A stretch of 64,000 nt of DNA from Octopus sinensis (GCF_006345805.1 NC_042998.1:66526001-66590000), one strand, 5' to 3'; shown: positions 1-12,920, numbered from the stretch's first letter. A program made the numbers and translations. The notes: generated from the sequence alone by a model not told the origin.

Positions 1-36
1 ACATATATACGTGAGTCTGTACTTGTGTGCGTATAT

Positions 37-87
<51 letters not shown>

Positions 88-122
88 ATATATGCGTGTG
101 TGTGTGTGGTGTGTGTGTATGT
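1..122. repeat. (TA)n/(TG)n compound microsatellite
   Basis: Direct dinucleotide runs. Confidence 0.95.
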
Positions 123-125
123 ATA

Positions 126-314
126 ATGAGAATTTACAAAGAATCAAAAGAAGAATACGGGTGTGTAAACAACAAACAGATGTATTAGCTTAACGCTCGG
201 GAAGTGAGTCAGTCCTTTACGTTTCGAGCCTACACTCTTCGACAGAAAGGAACACAAACATTAACAGGGAAAGAAAATAGAAAATGGTATAGTGGCTAAA
301 GATCTATCGTGGCG
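126..314 (-). mobile_element. Short Penelope-like (pLTR-derived) element with hammerhead motif, copy A
   Basis: Homologous to six other copies in the window; abuts (TA)n; carries the HHR-like motif at 213-251. Confidence 0.7.
213..251 (-). ncRNA. Minimal type I hammerhead ribozyme-like motif (CUGUCGA core)
   Basis: Minus strand CCUUU-CUGUCGA-A-GAGU(GUAG)GCUC-GAAAC-GUA-AAGG: 4-bp stem I, 4-bp stem II, palindromic ACGU stem III. Confidence 0.55.
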
Positions 315-329
315 AACACTTTGGCAATC

Positions 330-435
330 TTCTTCGACAAACGTCTTTCCTCACACATCCTGTGACGTCTTCAGCGACTTCAGAGAGTCGTTGAAGATGT
401 CATGGAGTTTGTGAAGAAAGAACTTTGACAAAGAA
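330..435. repeat. 106-bp imperfect inverted repeat (hairpin)
   Basis: 363-379 pairs with 386-402 (17 bp including 2 G-T); pairing stays in register out to 330/435. Confidence 0.8.
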
Positions 436-2261
436 ACTAAAATGATAATAAAGCTGAATTGAAAACCAAATATATAGTACGGGTGTTTAAATGGCAAAAT
501 GTGTCCATCCCTAAGTATAACAATATCTCTTTTAACGCACAATTTTACATCAAATATCTTGGAAAACGAAGTAGAATATATTTTAAATCCAACGGAAGTT
601 ATTTTCTCTTTTTTCGTTTTCTTTCCTTACTTACTGGATCTTGTGAGAGAGGCAGTAACTGTGATACACGCAAGATTTCCTAGACAAATGAAATGCATAA
701 TAAGTGTCATGATACTCTGTAATTAAAATCTGCAGTATATTCCTGATCTTGGAATGACACGCAGGAGAACAACGTTCTGTTCAGGATAGATATGGTGTAT
801 TGTGTAGTGCAGGGTCTGAAAGTGAATGGGAAAGATAAGATGACGAGAAACGAGTGGGGTACCGCAAGTCTAACAGCTTCAATGAGAAGATGCTATTATA
901 GTAGTTGTAGAAAATAACAGAGAGAATAGAATAGAGAGAGACATATGTAACCCATATGCTGCTGTCTCTCCGTGAGTGACATTATGCCAATCAGTTAGGT
1001 CATCGTAATCTGGATACGGTTTTGGAAGCTTGTGTGCTATAGCAGCACCACACACGACGCAAATTGCTTCTTATTATATGCAACGTGAATGCAGTAGTCC
1101 TAAGGAATCACATCTAATAAATGTGGATACGGTTATCTTTCGGTGATGTATAATTAGAGAAGGCTATAAAATGAGAAAAGCGATAAACTTGTCCTTTTGA
1201 ACAATAAATGTTGGTAAAATAGTTGTTTCGTTTAAATTCAACAGATACATCTTTTTTTCTCGCTCTTTCACTAACATAAATGAAAGGTAACAATGATTAG
1301 ATTATTACAGACTCGTGACTAACTACACTAAACTTCAAAATAATGTAGTTACAAAATATAACAAGTTCCGTTCTGTGTTTGTGTATAATGGAGTACAATA
1401 AGAAAAATATGAAAATGATGATTTTTAAGATAAGTAGGAAGGTCTTGAAGTATATTTGAAGTCAACGAGAAATCTCCCACATTGATAACAGTCTATCTCC
1501 GAGGAATTTCAACTAGATATCTCTGAAGGTATCACCAACGTGTCTTAGAAAATTTGAACAGTACAATTGATTATGAAGTTGCGAAATATTCAAATGAGAT
1601 GGTTACTACTGAAAAAAGTTTGATCATAAGTTTCGTTTATCAGGGTTGACGACCTGAAGCCAAGCAATAACTGAACATATTGCGCATGACGTAATTGAGA
1701 TATATATCACGCTTAAAAAGACGGAGATAATTAATTACTCAAGAGAAATCCGTACATAACAAGAAAGATAATGTGCTACGTTGCGTATTTTATAATGCGT
1801 AGCAGTTACTGTAAAGCTGGAATAATTAAGATAGAAGATTAATCATTGAAAGCAGAATGCAAAAGGTGATATTAGAAAAACCAAAAGAAAATTTGACTAG
1901 AAAACAAGTGTACATAGTGTGATTAGGCGGATGGATGCATTTCTGGTTGCAAGCAAATTTCAGCGAACGATCAGTGATTCTATCAAAACCTGTGCTCCTG
2001 GAAGAATGAGATACCGCATTCTAAATGGGGAGTTTAAAATTTACAAGAGTTCGACGACAAAATGGGCTATAGGGAGTTAGCAAATGCATTTGTAGATCTT
2101 TTAGAAAGTAATTGCTATGTTGTTTAGATATGAATGTAAATTACATTCAGCGTTAGTAAATGAAACCGTGTGATAATTCAGAAATTCGAATAAAACTTAG
2201 CTCAGTCTTTAACTTAAACGTACTGGGCTAAGATTTTGTTAAATGAAATTATATTTATGCA

Positions 2262-2272
2262 GGCACACATAA

Positions 2273-2349
<77 letters not shown>

Positions 2350-2400
2350 ATATATATGTATGTATGTGTGTGTGTGTGTGTGTGTATGTTTATGTGTGCC

Positions 2401-2438
<38 letters not shown>
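2262..2438. repeat. (CA)n/(TA)n/(TG)n compound microsatellite
   Basis: Direct runs. Confidence 0.95.
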
Positions 2439-2440
<2 letters not shown>

Positions 2441-2929
2441 ATCTAATATTTTATCTTGGACAGAAGTTTAGAGTTCATTCCGTGATTTATATTACGCTAC
2501 TTAAGAACAAATGTATAGGATTAGCAAGAATGGTTATAATGACTTTGGATAGGGAGATTAAGAGAAAGAGGAGAGACAGGCAAACATATAATATATATAT
2601 GCATATATATATATATATACAGAGGTGATAGGGAGAGAAGGAGAGAGACTGTATGTGTATTCTCAGATTGTTCTCAATTGTTATATCTCTAAGTAAATAA
2701 TTATATTAGCAACATTGTTATGATCACTTAGTAAGCTTATACATAAATTTTATATTTGATTACTAAAAGAAGTAACAAGGGCAAATGGGTATAGAAAGGC
2801 TACATTATTAACAGCGGAATGATAAAGAGCTACATCAAACAGTAACTACAAAATACTTCAGATATCAAACATAGCTCACGCAACTTCATCTAAAAGCCCA
2901 TATATTTCGTGGCATACCATTGAACAAAT

Positions 2930-2976
2930 CAATTAAATAATAATGATGATACTACTACTACTACTACTACAACCAT

Positions 2977-3011
<35 letters not shown>

Positions 3012-3019
3012 ATAATAAT

Positions 3020-3060
<41 letters not shown>

Positions 3061-3106
3061 AATAATATAATAATAATAATATAATAACAATAATAGCAAT
3101 AATAAT
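2930..3106. repeat. (ACT)n/(AAT)n microsatellite
   Basis: Direct runs. Confidence 0.95.
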
Positions 3107-3898
3107 GTACTTAGAGACTGCAAGAGGAGGAAAACTAACTTAGCCATGTCATGGATCGATTAACGTAAGGCGTACGGTATGATTCTATATTCTTGGATTA
3201 TCGGATGTATGAACCTATTTGTAGAGCGATTGCTTGGAAAAGGTATGGAGAAGTGGACGAAGGAATTGACAGCATATGAACTTTTAGGGACAAAACAAAT
3301 CAGGAGAGCATCTTCCAAGGACTCTGTCTCTCACCGCTCATCCGTGTACTGTGTATGATAACACTAACACTAATTCTGAGGAAAACAAAGGGTGGGTATG
3401 TATTCAAAAGCCGCCAGCAAAAATCCAAACGCTTGTTATTCGTGGATAACCTCAATCTGTATAGTTAAAGATGAATCCCAAATCAGTTTCCTCGTTGATA
3501 CGGTGTATACTTTCAATGCTGATATTAGAATGAAGTTTGGACGGAAAAAGTGTGTTAGTCTTGACAATACGCAAAACCAAATGTATGAACGGGCTAGCGA
3601 TACCGTTGGGGGAGGGTATAAAGCAGATAGAAGAGACGAGCCATAACTACTTGGGGATATTGAAAATGGATAAATTGATGGAGAAAGAAATGACAGAAAA
3701 ATTTAAGGTGGAATACTTGCGCAGACATAGACTGATCCTTAACTCAAACTTGAAGGGACGGATAAAGATTGAAGCTATCAACACCTGGGCGATTCCACAC
3801 CTTAGATATAGAGCAGGGGTAGTCGCATGGAGGGTAGACGAGCTCCACAGCTTAGACAGAAATAGAAGGACGTTGCTGACTATATATGGGATACTCAA
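3107..3898 (+). mobile_element. R4/Dong-clade non-LTR retrotransposon, decayed RT fragment
   Basis: Frameshifted translation gives DCKRRKTNLAMSWID*RKAY, FQGLCLSPL, LLFVDNLNLY, YLGI...EYLRR.RLILNS, AINTWAIP.LRY; flanked on both sides by (AAT)n. Confidence 0.85.
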
Positions 3899-3923
3899 TG
3901 ATAATAATAATGATAATATAATA

Positions 3924-3965
<42 letters not shown>

Positions 3966-4047
3966 CAATAATAATAACAATAATAATGATAATAATAATA
4001 ATAATAATAATAATATAATAATATAATAATAATAATAATAATAATAA

Positions 4048-4093
<46 letters not shown>

Positions 4094-4108
4094 TTAATAA
4101 TAATGATG

Positions 4109-4151
<43 letters not shown>

Positions 4152-4165
4152 TAATAATCTATAAT
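3899..4165. repeat. (AAT)n microsatellite
   Basis: Direct runs. Confidence 0.95.
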
Positions 4166-5140
4166 AAACTGATCGAAGAAGTGCGGTACTCTATCCATTT
4201 TTGTTTCTCCCCACGTTATTAAAAAAAATCATATTACTTTGAAGAAATTATAAATGAATATTATATCATTTTTATACTCTAAAGGTTATTTGTATATTAA
4301 ACATAAATTATAATGCTTAATATTACGAGATTCGCTTCTGTTTTAAATGTCAACTTCTGTTTGAATTCCATATGCAAACAAAAAGCTTTTCTTCCCGTCC
4401 GTAAAAATGTAATAAAGCGAAAAATACAACCAAAGTAGTGCGTAAATTATTTTTTAAAGTATTACGTAGTGCAAAAACAATACTCCCTGTCTAATAGAAT
4501 TAAGTTTTCAAATTGTGTTAGATTGCGGTCATGTTGAGATACCACCTTGAAATCATTTAGTCAATAATATCATCTCCCAACACAATTCTTCGCACATGGT
4601 CATGTGTATGTTGCATTATCAAGAACGTCAAGAACGGAAAATATAAAAATATTAACCGAGGTAAATGAAAAGGGACCATTTGCTGACAGCTGCGTCTGCA
4701 AAAAAAGTTCTACAGTAATGTGAGACATTCATTGCGTTCTTGTAACTGAAATTAATTTAAGTTTCTTTTAATTGCTATGAAAAGGACACTAGAAACACTT
4801 AAGACGTCTATAAGCAAATATATAATGAAACAATAATATAGCAAAACTGAACTCTTCATACTGGTAAATGTAATTCATTGATTCCCACCAGAGAATCTAT
4901 TTTCATATTCACTCAAGTGAAGATTCGTCAACATTTTCCCTTGACAGTCTAATCTCTTCTCCAATTTTCATTATCGCTTTTTTTTAAAGGTATCATGGAT
5001 TGGTTTACTGTTTACAGAATAAACTATAACTGAGTCATTGTTCAATTCATGAGCATATTGTCAATTTACTCTATAATATATGCATCGACAATTGCCAGAC
5101 ATATACCAGCGAAAACAGTCCCGAGCGCATTTTTTTCTGT

Positions 5141-5142
<2 letters not shown>

Positions 5143-5207
<65 letters not shown>

Positions 5208-5228
5208 GATGATGATGATGATGATAAC

Positions 5229-5266
<38 letters not shown>

Positions 5267-5331
5267 TGATGATGATGATGAAGATGATGATGATGATGAT
5301 AACAATAATAATAATAATAATAATAATAATG

Positions 5332-5386
<55 letters not shown>

Positions 5387-5406
5387 TAATAAAAGTAATA
5401 ATAATA
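5143..5406. repeat. (AAT)n/(GAT)n compound microsatellite with a higher-order duplication
   Basis: The unit (AAT)n(GAT)nGAA(GAT)7 occurs twice. Confidence 0.9.
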
Positions 5407-5408
5407 AA

Positions 5409-5961
5409 TGCCCTGATGCAGTACCAGGCAGTGGCTCTCATGGCTTCTGATCTTAACTGATTGGAAGTGTTATCATGTACATTGTTTTGTCTTGGTATAA
5501 AAGATGGCTACAGCAAATATTCTGCTCAATACCACAGATTTGCTTGTCAGTTGTTTTACCTTAACCAGTTGAGCATGTCCCTTAGTGGCTGATGATATGT
5601 GCATCTCTGATCACGAGCAGAAGTAGTGGGGGAGCATCATAGCCATGTGTTGAGAGGGATTCTTTGGGGTTTGAATAGTTCACCTCTGGAAACATGGGTG
5701 GTTCTTTCAACATCCTTAAACAACCCTTATTCAGGGACCGTTTGAGCGGGATGGGCTACTCAACCTGAAGAAAATTCTAACTGGGCCCCACCTGCAAGGT
5801 CATGTGCTGTTTATCTTGATATGAGATCACCATGTCGCGCACATATGGTTGTGATGCATGTGCCTGGTGTACCTTTATCAGACGGGTAGTCATGATGGGT
5901 ATATTGGGCTTCGTATATTTTACACCAGTGTCACTTTGATGGCATGAACTGCTCTCTCACT
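5409..5961 (+). mobile_element. ~550-bp non-coding interspersed element inserted in (AAT)n
   Basis: Near-identical reverse copy at 36690-37245, partial copy 36317-36627, diverged copy ~59800-60313; full copies end in (AAT)n. Confidence 0.85.
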
Positions 5962-6329
5962 TAGTAATAATAATAATAATAATAATAATGATGATGATGA
6001 TGATGATTATAATAATAATAACATGTGTTATTACCATTGTCAATAGTAATGCTATAAACCAGATTACGTTACTAGTAATGTTAGAAATTTGAATGTGGCA
6101 GACATTAAAAGTAGAACACAAAGCGACATAAATGCATATACAAAGGGAGTCCAGAAATAATCTTTCCACCTATTCTACAGTAATTACTGCCATCACTTAA
6201 AACTGAATAACTTCATCCAAACTGTATTCAAGCGTACCTTCCACACCGTCCCTCCTCTCGCTATCGGTTATTTCGCATTCAGACACAGTCCTCATTCTAA
6301 CATCTGTATGGAATTGTTTTCTTTTAGTA

Positions 6330-7100
6330 TTCTGAAAACACTGAACCGTTTCGCTGCCCAGATTTCTCTATCTTTCACAATTGTGTCGGTCAGTCTCTCA
6401 GTAACTTACAACAGGATTTACGTTCATAGACCTGCATCTCCAAGTCTAATCTGTAGGTCCATTGACTTATCTTCGTTAATTGTACTTAATTAGAGCGGTG
6501 TCTGACACCTCTATGTGGTTGATGCCCGACTCTAGTCGTGTATGTATATGCGAACAGAGACCTTCCACGTGCAGGATGTCTAGATTCTTAAACGTCTCTA
6601 CATTCTACAGAAGCGTCTCCGAATAAGTACATAGAGAAGGCACGAGAATGAACACTTTTTAACGAAACAAGCACGTGGGTCTGAATTGTTTCGAAAGGTG
6701 GATTTTACTGTAACCACTAAACAGCTATTGCTGTACATTGTGGTAATCCAGTTACGGAGGATGTGACCGAAACATTTTTCTTTTGACTGTCAGTCCTATT
6801 GAAGATTTTCAATTGACCTAAGTTGATCAGGTTCCAGCAATGTCACGTTTTTTACTGTCTCTATGATTTATTGAACGAAGTGGAGATACACTAAAATAGA
6901 TCAATATAGAATGGCATATGGATACTGCAAGGTCATTCATGACGAGCGTCAAAATGTACGCTGAATATTTAAGTAAAAGTTTTCAATGTGGTTCTTCTTT
7001 TTTTCTGTCCTTTCGCAGCAGTGATATCACTCATCAGCACATAGAAATGCTGCTATTAGTTGTAAATATCTTATAAAACAGTTGCGGAACAAGCCACATA
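6330..7100 (-). mobile_element. Decayed RTE-clade LINE remnant
   Basis: Minus-strand frames give ILVPSLCTYSET, TALIKY, IRLGDA and KDREIWAA in the order expected for an RTE RT C-terminus. Confidence 0.5.
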
Positions 7101-8074
7101 AACGAAACCTTTAAGACATCCATCAAGATCATGCAATTTGCTGGTCAGTATTTCATCCGACATGCTAACGATTTTGCCTTTCTTTCTTCCTCGTCACTGA
7201 ATCTGCAATTTACGGCGTTTATGGTCCCATGCGCTCGGCACAAGCGAATGTCAGCAACATCGACAACAATAATAAGCAATCGGACCATACAAACATAAAC
7301 ATGTTACCTACACACAAAGCCCATATATCCGGGTTAAAATGCCTTATTTGAAGTATACGCACCTTACGTAAATATAATTTAGTTCAGGTATATATATCTG
7401 AGGTAAATTCAACTTGTTTGTGGTATATATGACTAAGACGAATAGTTGTTATATACCACTTATTTAATGTTTATTCAAATTATGGAGGCTAATAATCATT
7501 CATACGCGATTTTCTATATGTAAACTCCACTGAAAGAGACTTGCAGCCATTGTCAGACTCTAGTATACTGAGGCGTTGCAATTGCCTGAAGTATGTCCAT
7601 CGTTATTCCTTGTTTGCAAGCAATTATCAGACGTTTCTTTCCATACTCATGGAAATTAACTTTGAAAGATTCTATTACTGATTTCTTAAAATTCGCCCCT
7701 GTTTTCTTTGACAGTTGCTAGGTTTTCCTTCGCTTCTTTAGTAGGAAAATGTCAATTAATTATTAATTCCTTGCGTACGGCATTCTGCAGCATTCAATTA
7801 TCTAAATTCTATCCTTTGGCCAATTTTAGTTATTTCCCTTGGTTCATTTTATCATAACTTTGCAGATTACAATTGTCATAATTATTCGCAATCCTATTCG
7901 TATACGTAATTTTCGTGAACTGCACAGCTTGTTTAGTTACACTTTCCTTTGCTGTTAATATCTAATAGACGGAAACTTATGTATAGATATGACTTGTCTA
8001 CAAACCAAGGTCTGTTTTTCTAGCCGCTAAATATGTAAGTTCTAGGAAACAACATTCTAAATTATCACTGATGT

Positions 8075-8190
8075 TACATAGATAGATAGACAGACAGACA
8101 GACACAGACAGACAGACAGACAGAGTGTGTGTGTGTGTGTGTGTGTGTATGTGTCAGACAGACAGACAGACAGGGAAAGAACGTGACAGA
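8075..8190. repeat. (GACA)n/(TG)n microsatellite
   Basis: Direct runs. Confidence 0.9.
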
Positions 8191-8412
8191 CAGACAGACA
8201 GGGAAAAAGAGTGAAAGAGAGAGAGAAATATTTCATTTTTACAACTAACATGACCGACAAAGGTAAACAAGAGAAAATTTCGAAGTCAATGACACCGCTC
8301 ATCTTGTAAAAGTATATTAAATATGTAATCTGCAAAAAGTATTAAGTGATTCTTCAGCTTTATGTTAAATTGTTTTATAACTCAGCATTAGAACAAACAC
8401 TATAGATATCAC

Positions 8413-8537
8413 ATATATATATATATATATTACACATAGATATAAATTACAATGTAAATACATATATACACACATATACATATAGATACCTATACATACA
8501 TATTTACATATGTATGTATATATGTATATGTCTATAT

Positions 8538-8609
<72 letters not shown>

Positions 8610-8648
8610 TATATATATATATGTGTGTGTATTTATGTACATACACAT
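8413..8648. repeat. (TA)n/(CA)n/(TG)n microsatellite
   Basis: Direct runs. Confidence 0.9.
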
Positions 8649-9169
8649 ATTCCCACGCAGATTCTGTTTACATGTGAGTTAAACTACAATCAACTGCGCT
8701 TTTGTCTCATATACTATTCGATACGTTAAATTCATTGCTATATATTTTGGGAAACAAGAACTGTTATCTGCATTGTCAAACATAGGAGGAAGAAAAGCGA
8801 ATTTCTGATCTATAAGTTTGTGAAAACGTTATCACACGAAGAGATGCAATTAAATAGCATTTATCTGAAGATCACAGCTCCATCTGATTTACAGTCATTA
8901 GGGCCTTAATAAGAGTTTCTAATTTAGGAACAACACTTAAAATTTATTGAAAATGGAGTTAATTGATAATATCGATCCACATATCTGACTGTTACTATAT
9001 TTCATTTTGAAACAAAATGTAAAGGTGATCTTGGTAGGAATTCATATTAGAGCATTAACAACCGCAACGAATGCAGCAAAACATATTCTTATGAACATGA
9101 ACTGGTCCGGATTAAATTCTTTTAATTGTTATTAGTGGTATATTTAACCAACTAACCAATTTATAATGG

Positions 9170-9362
9170 TTAGATATGTTGGCACAATGTCAGTAATTGT
9201 GAGGGAGGATTGAAAACGATTAAATCAATCCCAGCACACAAGTGATAGTATTTTATCAACCCCGACAGCAGGAAATGCAAGTTTGACCCTATTGGTATTT
9301 AAATAAGAACTTAAGCCGGAATAAATGCTGCTAAGCAATTATTTCTGCTAGTCCACCGCCTA
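9170..9362 (-). mobile_element. Degenerate tRNA-derived SINE (family B)
   Basis: ttttatcaaccccga...gcaagtttgacc resembles the reverse of the family B core. Confidence 0.5.
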
Positions 9363-9912
9363 AAGTAACCAATTAAAAATAGGTATATTTATTATATGTT
9401 CGAAAAATAATTAAAATTATCTGGTTCGAGAGAATCCTATTCTTGAATTCAAAAGGATAGGTCATGTGCTCGACATGAGCATAACTTTAGATCATAACAT
9501 TTTGACAAAAGAATATGTCAAGCTCAGAAAAAATAAAGATTTTCGCATTGAAATAGAAACAAAATGTGGGATCTAACACCAGTTACTTATAATACCAGTG
9601 ATTACAGGCGCACTTGTAATGATCCTTGGCTTACCATCCAAGAAGTGCAAAAGATAGTTTTAACTAGTACGTTATACCTATTTTATTCTGTTTGCTTTTT
9701 CTTTGTTATTTCATTTTTATCCCTTTTTCTTTTACTTTCTCCATTTTATATTTTTTGTCTTCTATGACATACCTTGACTTTCTAAACTGGTAATATGCTG
9801 TGTATATTGTCATGACTTACTTATGCATACAGTGAATTGCCTTGCACTAAGTGTCAGGAAGACACTCAGCAACAAATAGGAACAAAATTAAAAGAAACAA
9901 GACCAAAATAAC

Positions 9913-10125
<213 letters not shown>

Positions 10126-10228
10126 AATGCCTTCTAATCGACAGCAGCTAAATATGGTTATCAAGGACTATGAGATGTTCAACGAATGCTTCTTCAAAAT
10201 GTATATCAGAAAAGAAAAATTTGGAACC

Positions 10229-10282
<54 letters not shown>

Positions 10283-10450
10283 CTGTTCAAATTTTTAGAA
10301 AAACAAAGACGAAGACAGGTGTAGGAACAACTAGCAAGTGTATTAGTGTTTGACGCTCGGGAAAAATGGAAACATCTCTTACGTTTCGAGCCAACGCTCA
10401 TGGCTAGAGGAAATAAAAAGAGAATGAAAAAAATACGTGTAGAGATAACT
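10283..10450 (-). mobile_element. Short Penelope-like element, copy B (HHR core decayed)
   Basis: gacgaagacaggtg...tattag...acgctcggg...ttacgtttcgagccaacgctc; abuts (TA)n. Confidence 0.65.
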
Positions 10451-10947
10451 GGTCCTATATTGATAGAGTGAGAGGCAGAGTGATAAAGGGAGGAAAGAGG
10501 AGTAGTGAAAGAGAGAAATGAAAATTATGGCATTATTCAAAAATAGAAAGAGAAAACACTAGAGACAGAGACAGAAAGAGAGGGAATGTCAAAATTATTT
10601 TGAAATTGCGTATTCAAATTACAGGTACAAACTAAATGTTTATCGTAATGAAAGAGTGTCATGAATATCTATAATTTTATGCATTGAAAGATAGACAGAA
10701 AAATAAAGTGAAATTGTCTTTGTTTGTAAATAGCTGCGACTGTAGTGATTCTAAATTTTATGCATTCCAGACCAAACATTGTGGCCATGCTTGGACACCA
10801 CCATCATTGTTTTTTTGGTGTGTGTATGTGTGTATTTCTTTCTTCCTAGGCTTAAATCCTTCTCTATATTATGAGAGTAGGCTCATTCACCTAGCAGAAG
10901 TGAAAGTATGTGCTGAAAAAGGCTAATATCGTGGAATTTCCACAGGT

Positions 10948-10990
10948 CCTCCTCCTCCTCCTCCTCCTCCTCGTACTAGTAGTAGTAGTG

Positions 10991-11083
<93 letters not shown>

Positions 11084-11085
11084 TA
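10948..11085. repeat. (CCT)n/(TAG)n microsatellite
   Basis: Direct runs. Confidence 0.95.
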
Positions 11086-11496
11086 CAGTACTGAGAGTTA
11101 GTAAGAGAGAGTTCGTATGGAAAGCAGTAAATCCTTACAAATTGGTTAAAACATTTTGGAGAGATAGTAACTTACTCATCCAGAGAGAAATACGGAATGT
11201 TTTCTAATGGATGTTTTTATACATGTATACGTCAATATTTTCCAAAACAAATTCGTAAATAAATTACAACGGAATAGAAGTAAGTCTAGAAATCTCACAA
11301 ATTTCCAGAAAGAGGATAGGTTCAATACCATTAATAGCTTCAGTTAAATGCTAAAATCCGAAAAAGCTTTCGTTCTGCCTCAGGGAAACTCAAAGAAATA
11401 CAAACATAAAATACTCCATACAAACATGGATTCCCTTTAGCGTTAATATACCAAGAGAAAATACATTGTGTATGTAGTCCAAGAGCCTGATGCATT

Positions 11497-11497
<1 letters not shown>

Positions 11498-11578
<81 letters not shown>

Positions 11579-11607
11579 TACACATATATATACACACATA
11601 TATATGC

Positions 11608-11688
<81 letters not shown>

Positions 11689-11720
11689 CGAATGTATGTA
11701 TGAGTGTATGTATGTGTACG
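11498..11720. repeat. (TA)n microsatellite
   Basis: Direct runs. Confidence 0.95.
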
Positions 11721-12249
11721 TGTATGGGTAAGTATAAAGCTTATTTCCATGTTCCAGTGGTGAACAAACTATAGTGGTGAACAAACTACACAGTGCACAG
11801 ATGCACATGAATGATGATGATTATGATGATGATGATGATTGGTTGTGGTGGTGATGGTGGTGGTGGTGGTGATTAAATTGCGTCAAAACATTACGCCAGT
11901 AGTAAAAGGATGTTTCGCTTGTTCCAATGGTTTTGTATATCCATCACGTATACTGAAAAACATTCTGTGAAAAATCCAATTGGCAGCAACTAATGTCAAA
12001 GTGGTTAACGGGAGTAAAAATAACTGTAATGGCAAGAGAATCATGAAATAAGATGAGTTGAAAGCTCTATTTATTCTATCACTTTTGGCGGTCGTATGAG
12101 TAAAACTTCACAACTAGAAATTACCGAAAATTCAACGAGCAACAAAACCTGTGATCTTAGAAGAAACAAGCAATTTCATTATTGCTAATTTTGTAGTATC
12201 ATATGAACAGTGGTAAACTTTGTTTGTACAGACAAATGTATACTATATT

Positions 12250-12920
12250 TTTCTTTACTAGTTTCAGCTCGAGAGCAGCGGCCATGCAGGAGCAACGCTG
12301 TTAACTTTCTACAGTTTCACTACTTGAAACCTCCCCTGATATGAAGCAGTTGTGAATGAAAAAGTTTGATTTTGCTGCCCTTATCTTCATTTATTACCAT
12401 GAGGTAGGTTTATCCGCAAATCTTGGGAAGATTAGAATCTATATTGTTTTGGATACGCCTAAATAAACCCCATTTAGTTTTGAAGCTGTTCGTGTAATTT
12501 ATAATGCCAATGTTTGGTACATGGTCTTCTAGGGTTTTCCAGATGCATATAACAGCATATCTTTTCTCGCCCTTATTCTAAGACTCGTGTAAAGTCTTAA
12601 ATTAGTGAGACTCTCTCAGTAGCTGACATATCAGATTGAGACTATTTTTGTGTAGCTTTGCGGGATTACTTCGAGTTTTGCCGTCAATTTTATACTGTGT
12701 GGTGACCATGGTTGGGAGCAGTAGTCTAAGCGGCTGAGCAAAAATGTCCTACAGGAGAACCATCATAGTTTCCTTTTCATTCGATGTTACAGTTCTTTTA
12801 GGTTCCATCTAGCAAACCGACTGCCATATTATTGGTAACTCAATAATATGCTGCTGGAAAGATGCATAATTACTCATATCATTACTTGGGTTCTGCACCG
12901 AATTTGATTCCCTACCTAGG
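12250..12920 (-). mobile_element. CR1-clade LINE 3' fragment (decayed), including its terminus
   Basis: LSRLDYCSQPWSPH, RLYT...IYASG, RFADKPTS...RAAKSN, then the terminal motif catggccgctgctctcgagctgaaactag. Confidence 0.75.

Noticed and set aside
1480-1600. Possible RTE remnant (YHQR-CLRK-like after a frameshift)
   Set aside because: One short motif only; too weak to call.
5575-5630. CTGATGA inside the 550-bp element as a hammerhead core
   Set aside because: Followed by GAAG rather than GAAA, and stems II and III do not form.
7420-7460. gtggtatata...tatataccac small hairpin
   Set aside because: The 10-bp AT-rich arms do not extend; expected by chance.
8270-8305. Minus strand GATGAG...TTCGAAA hammerhead-like string
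   Set aside because: Lacks C3U4, and stem II does not close properly.
12315-12402. AG...GAG|GTAGGT exon-like segment
   Set aside because: Stops in all three frames, and it lies antisense within a CR1 remnant.
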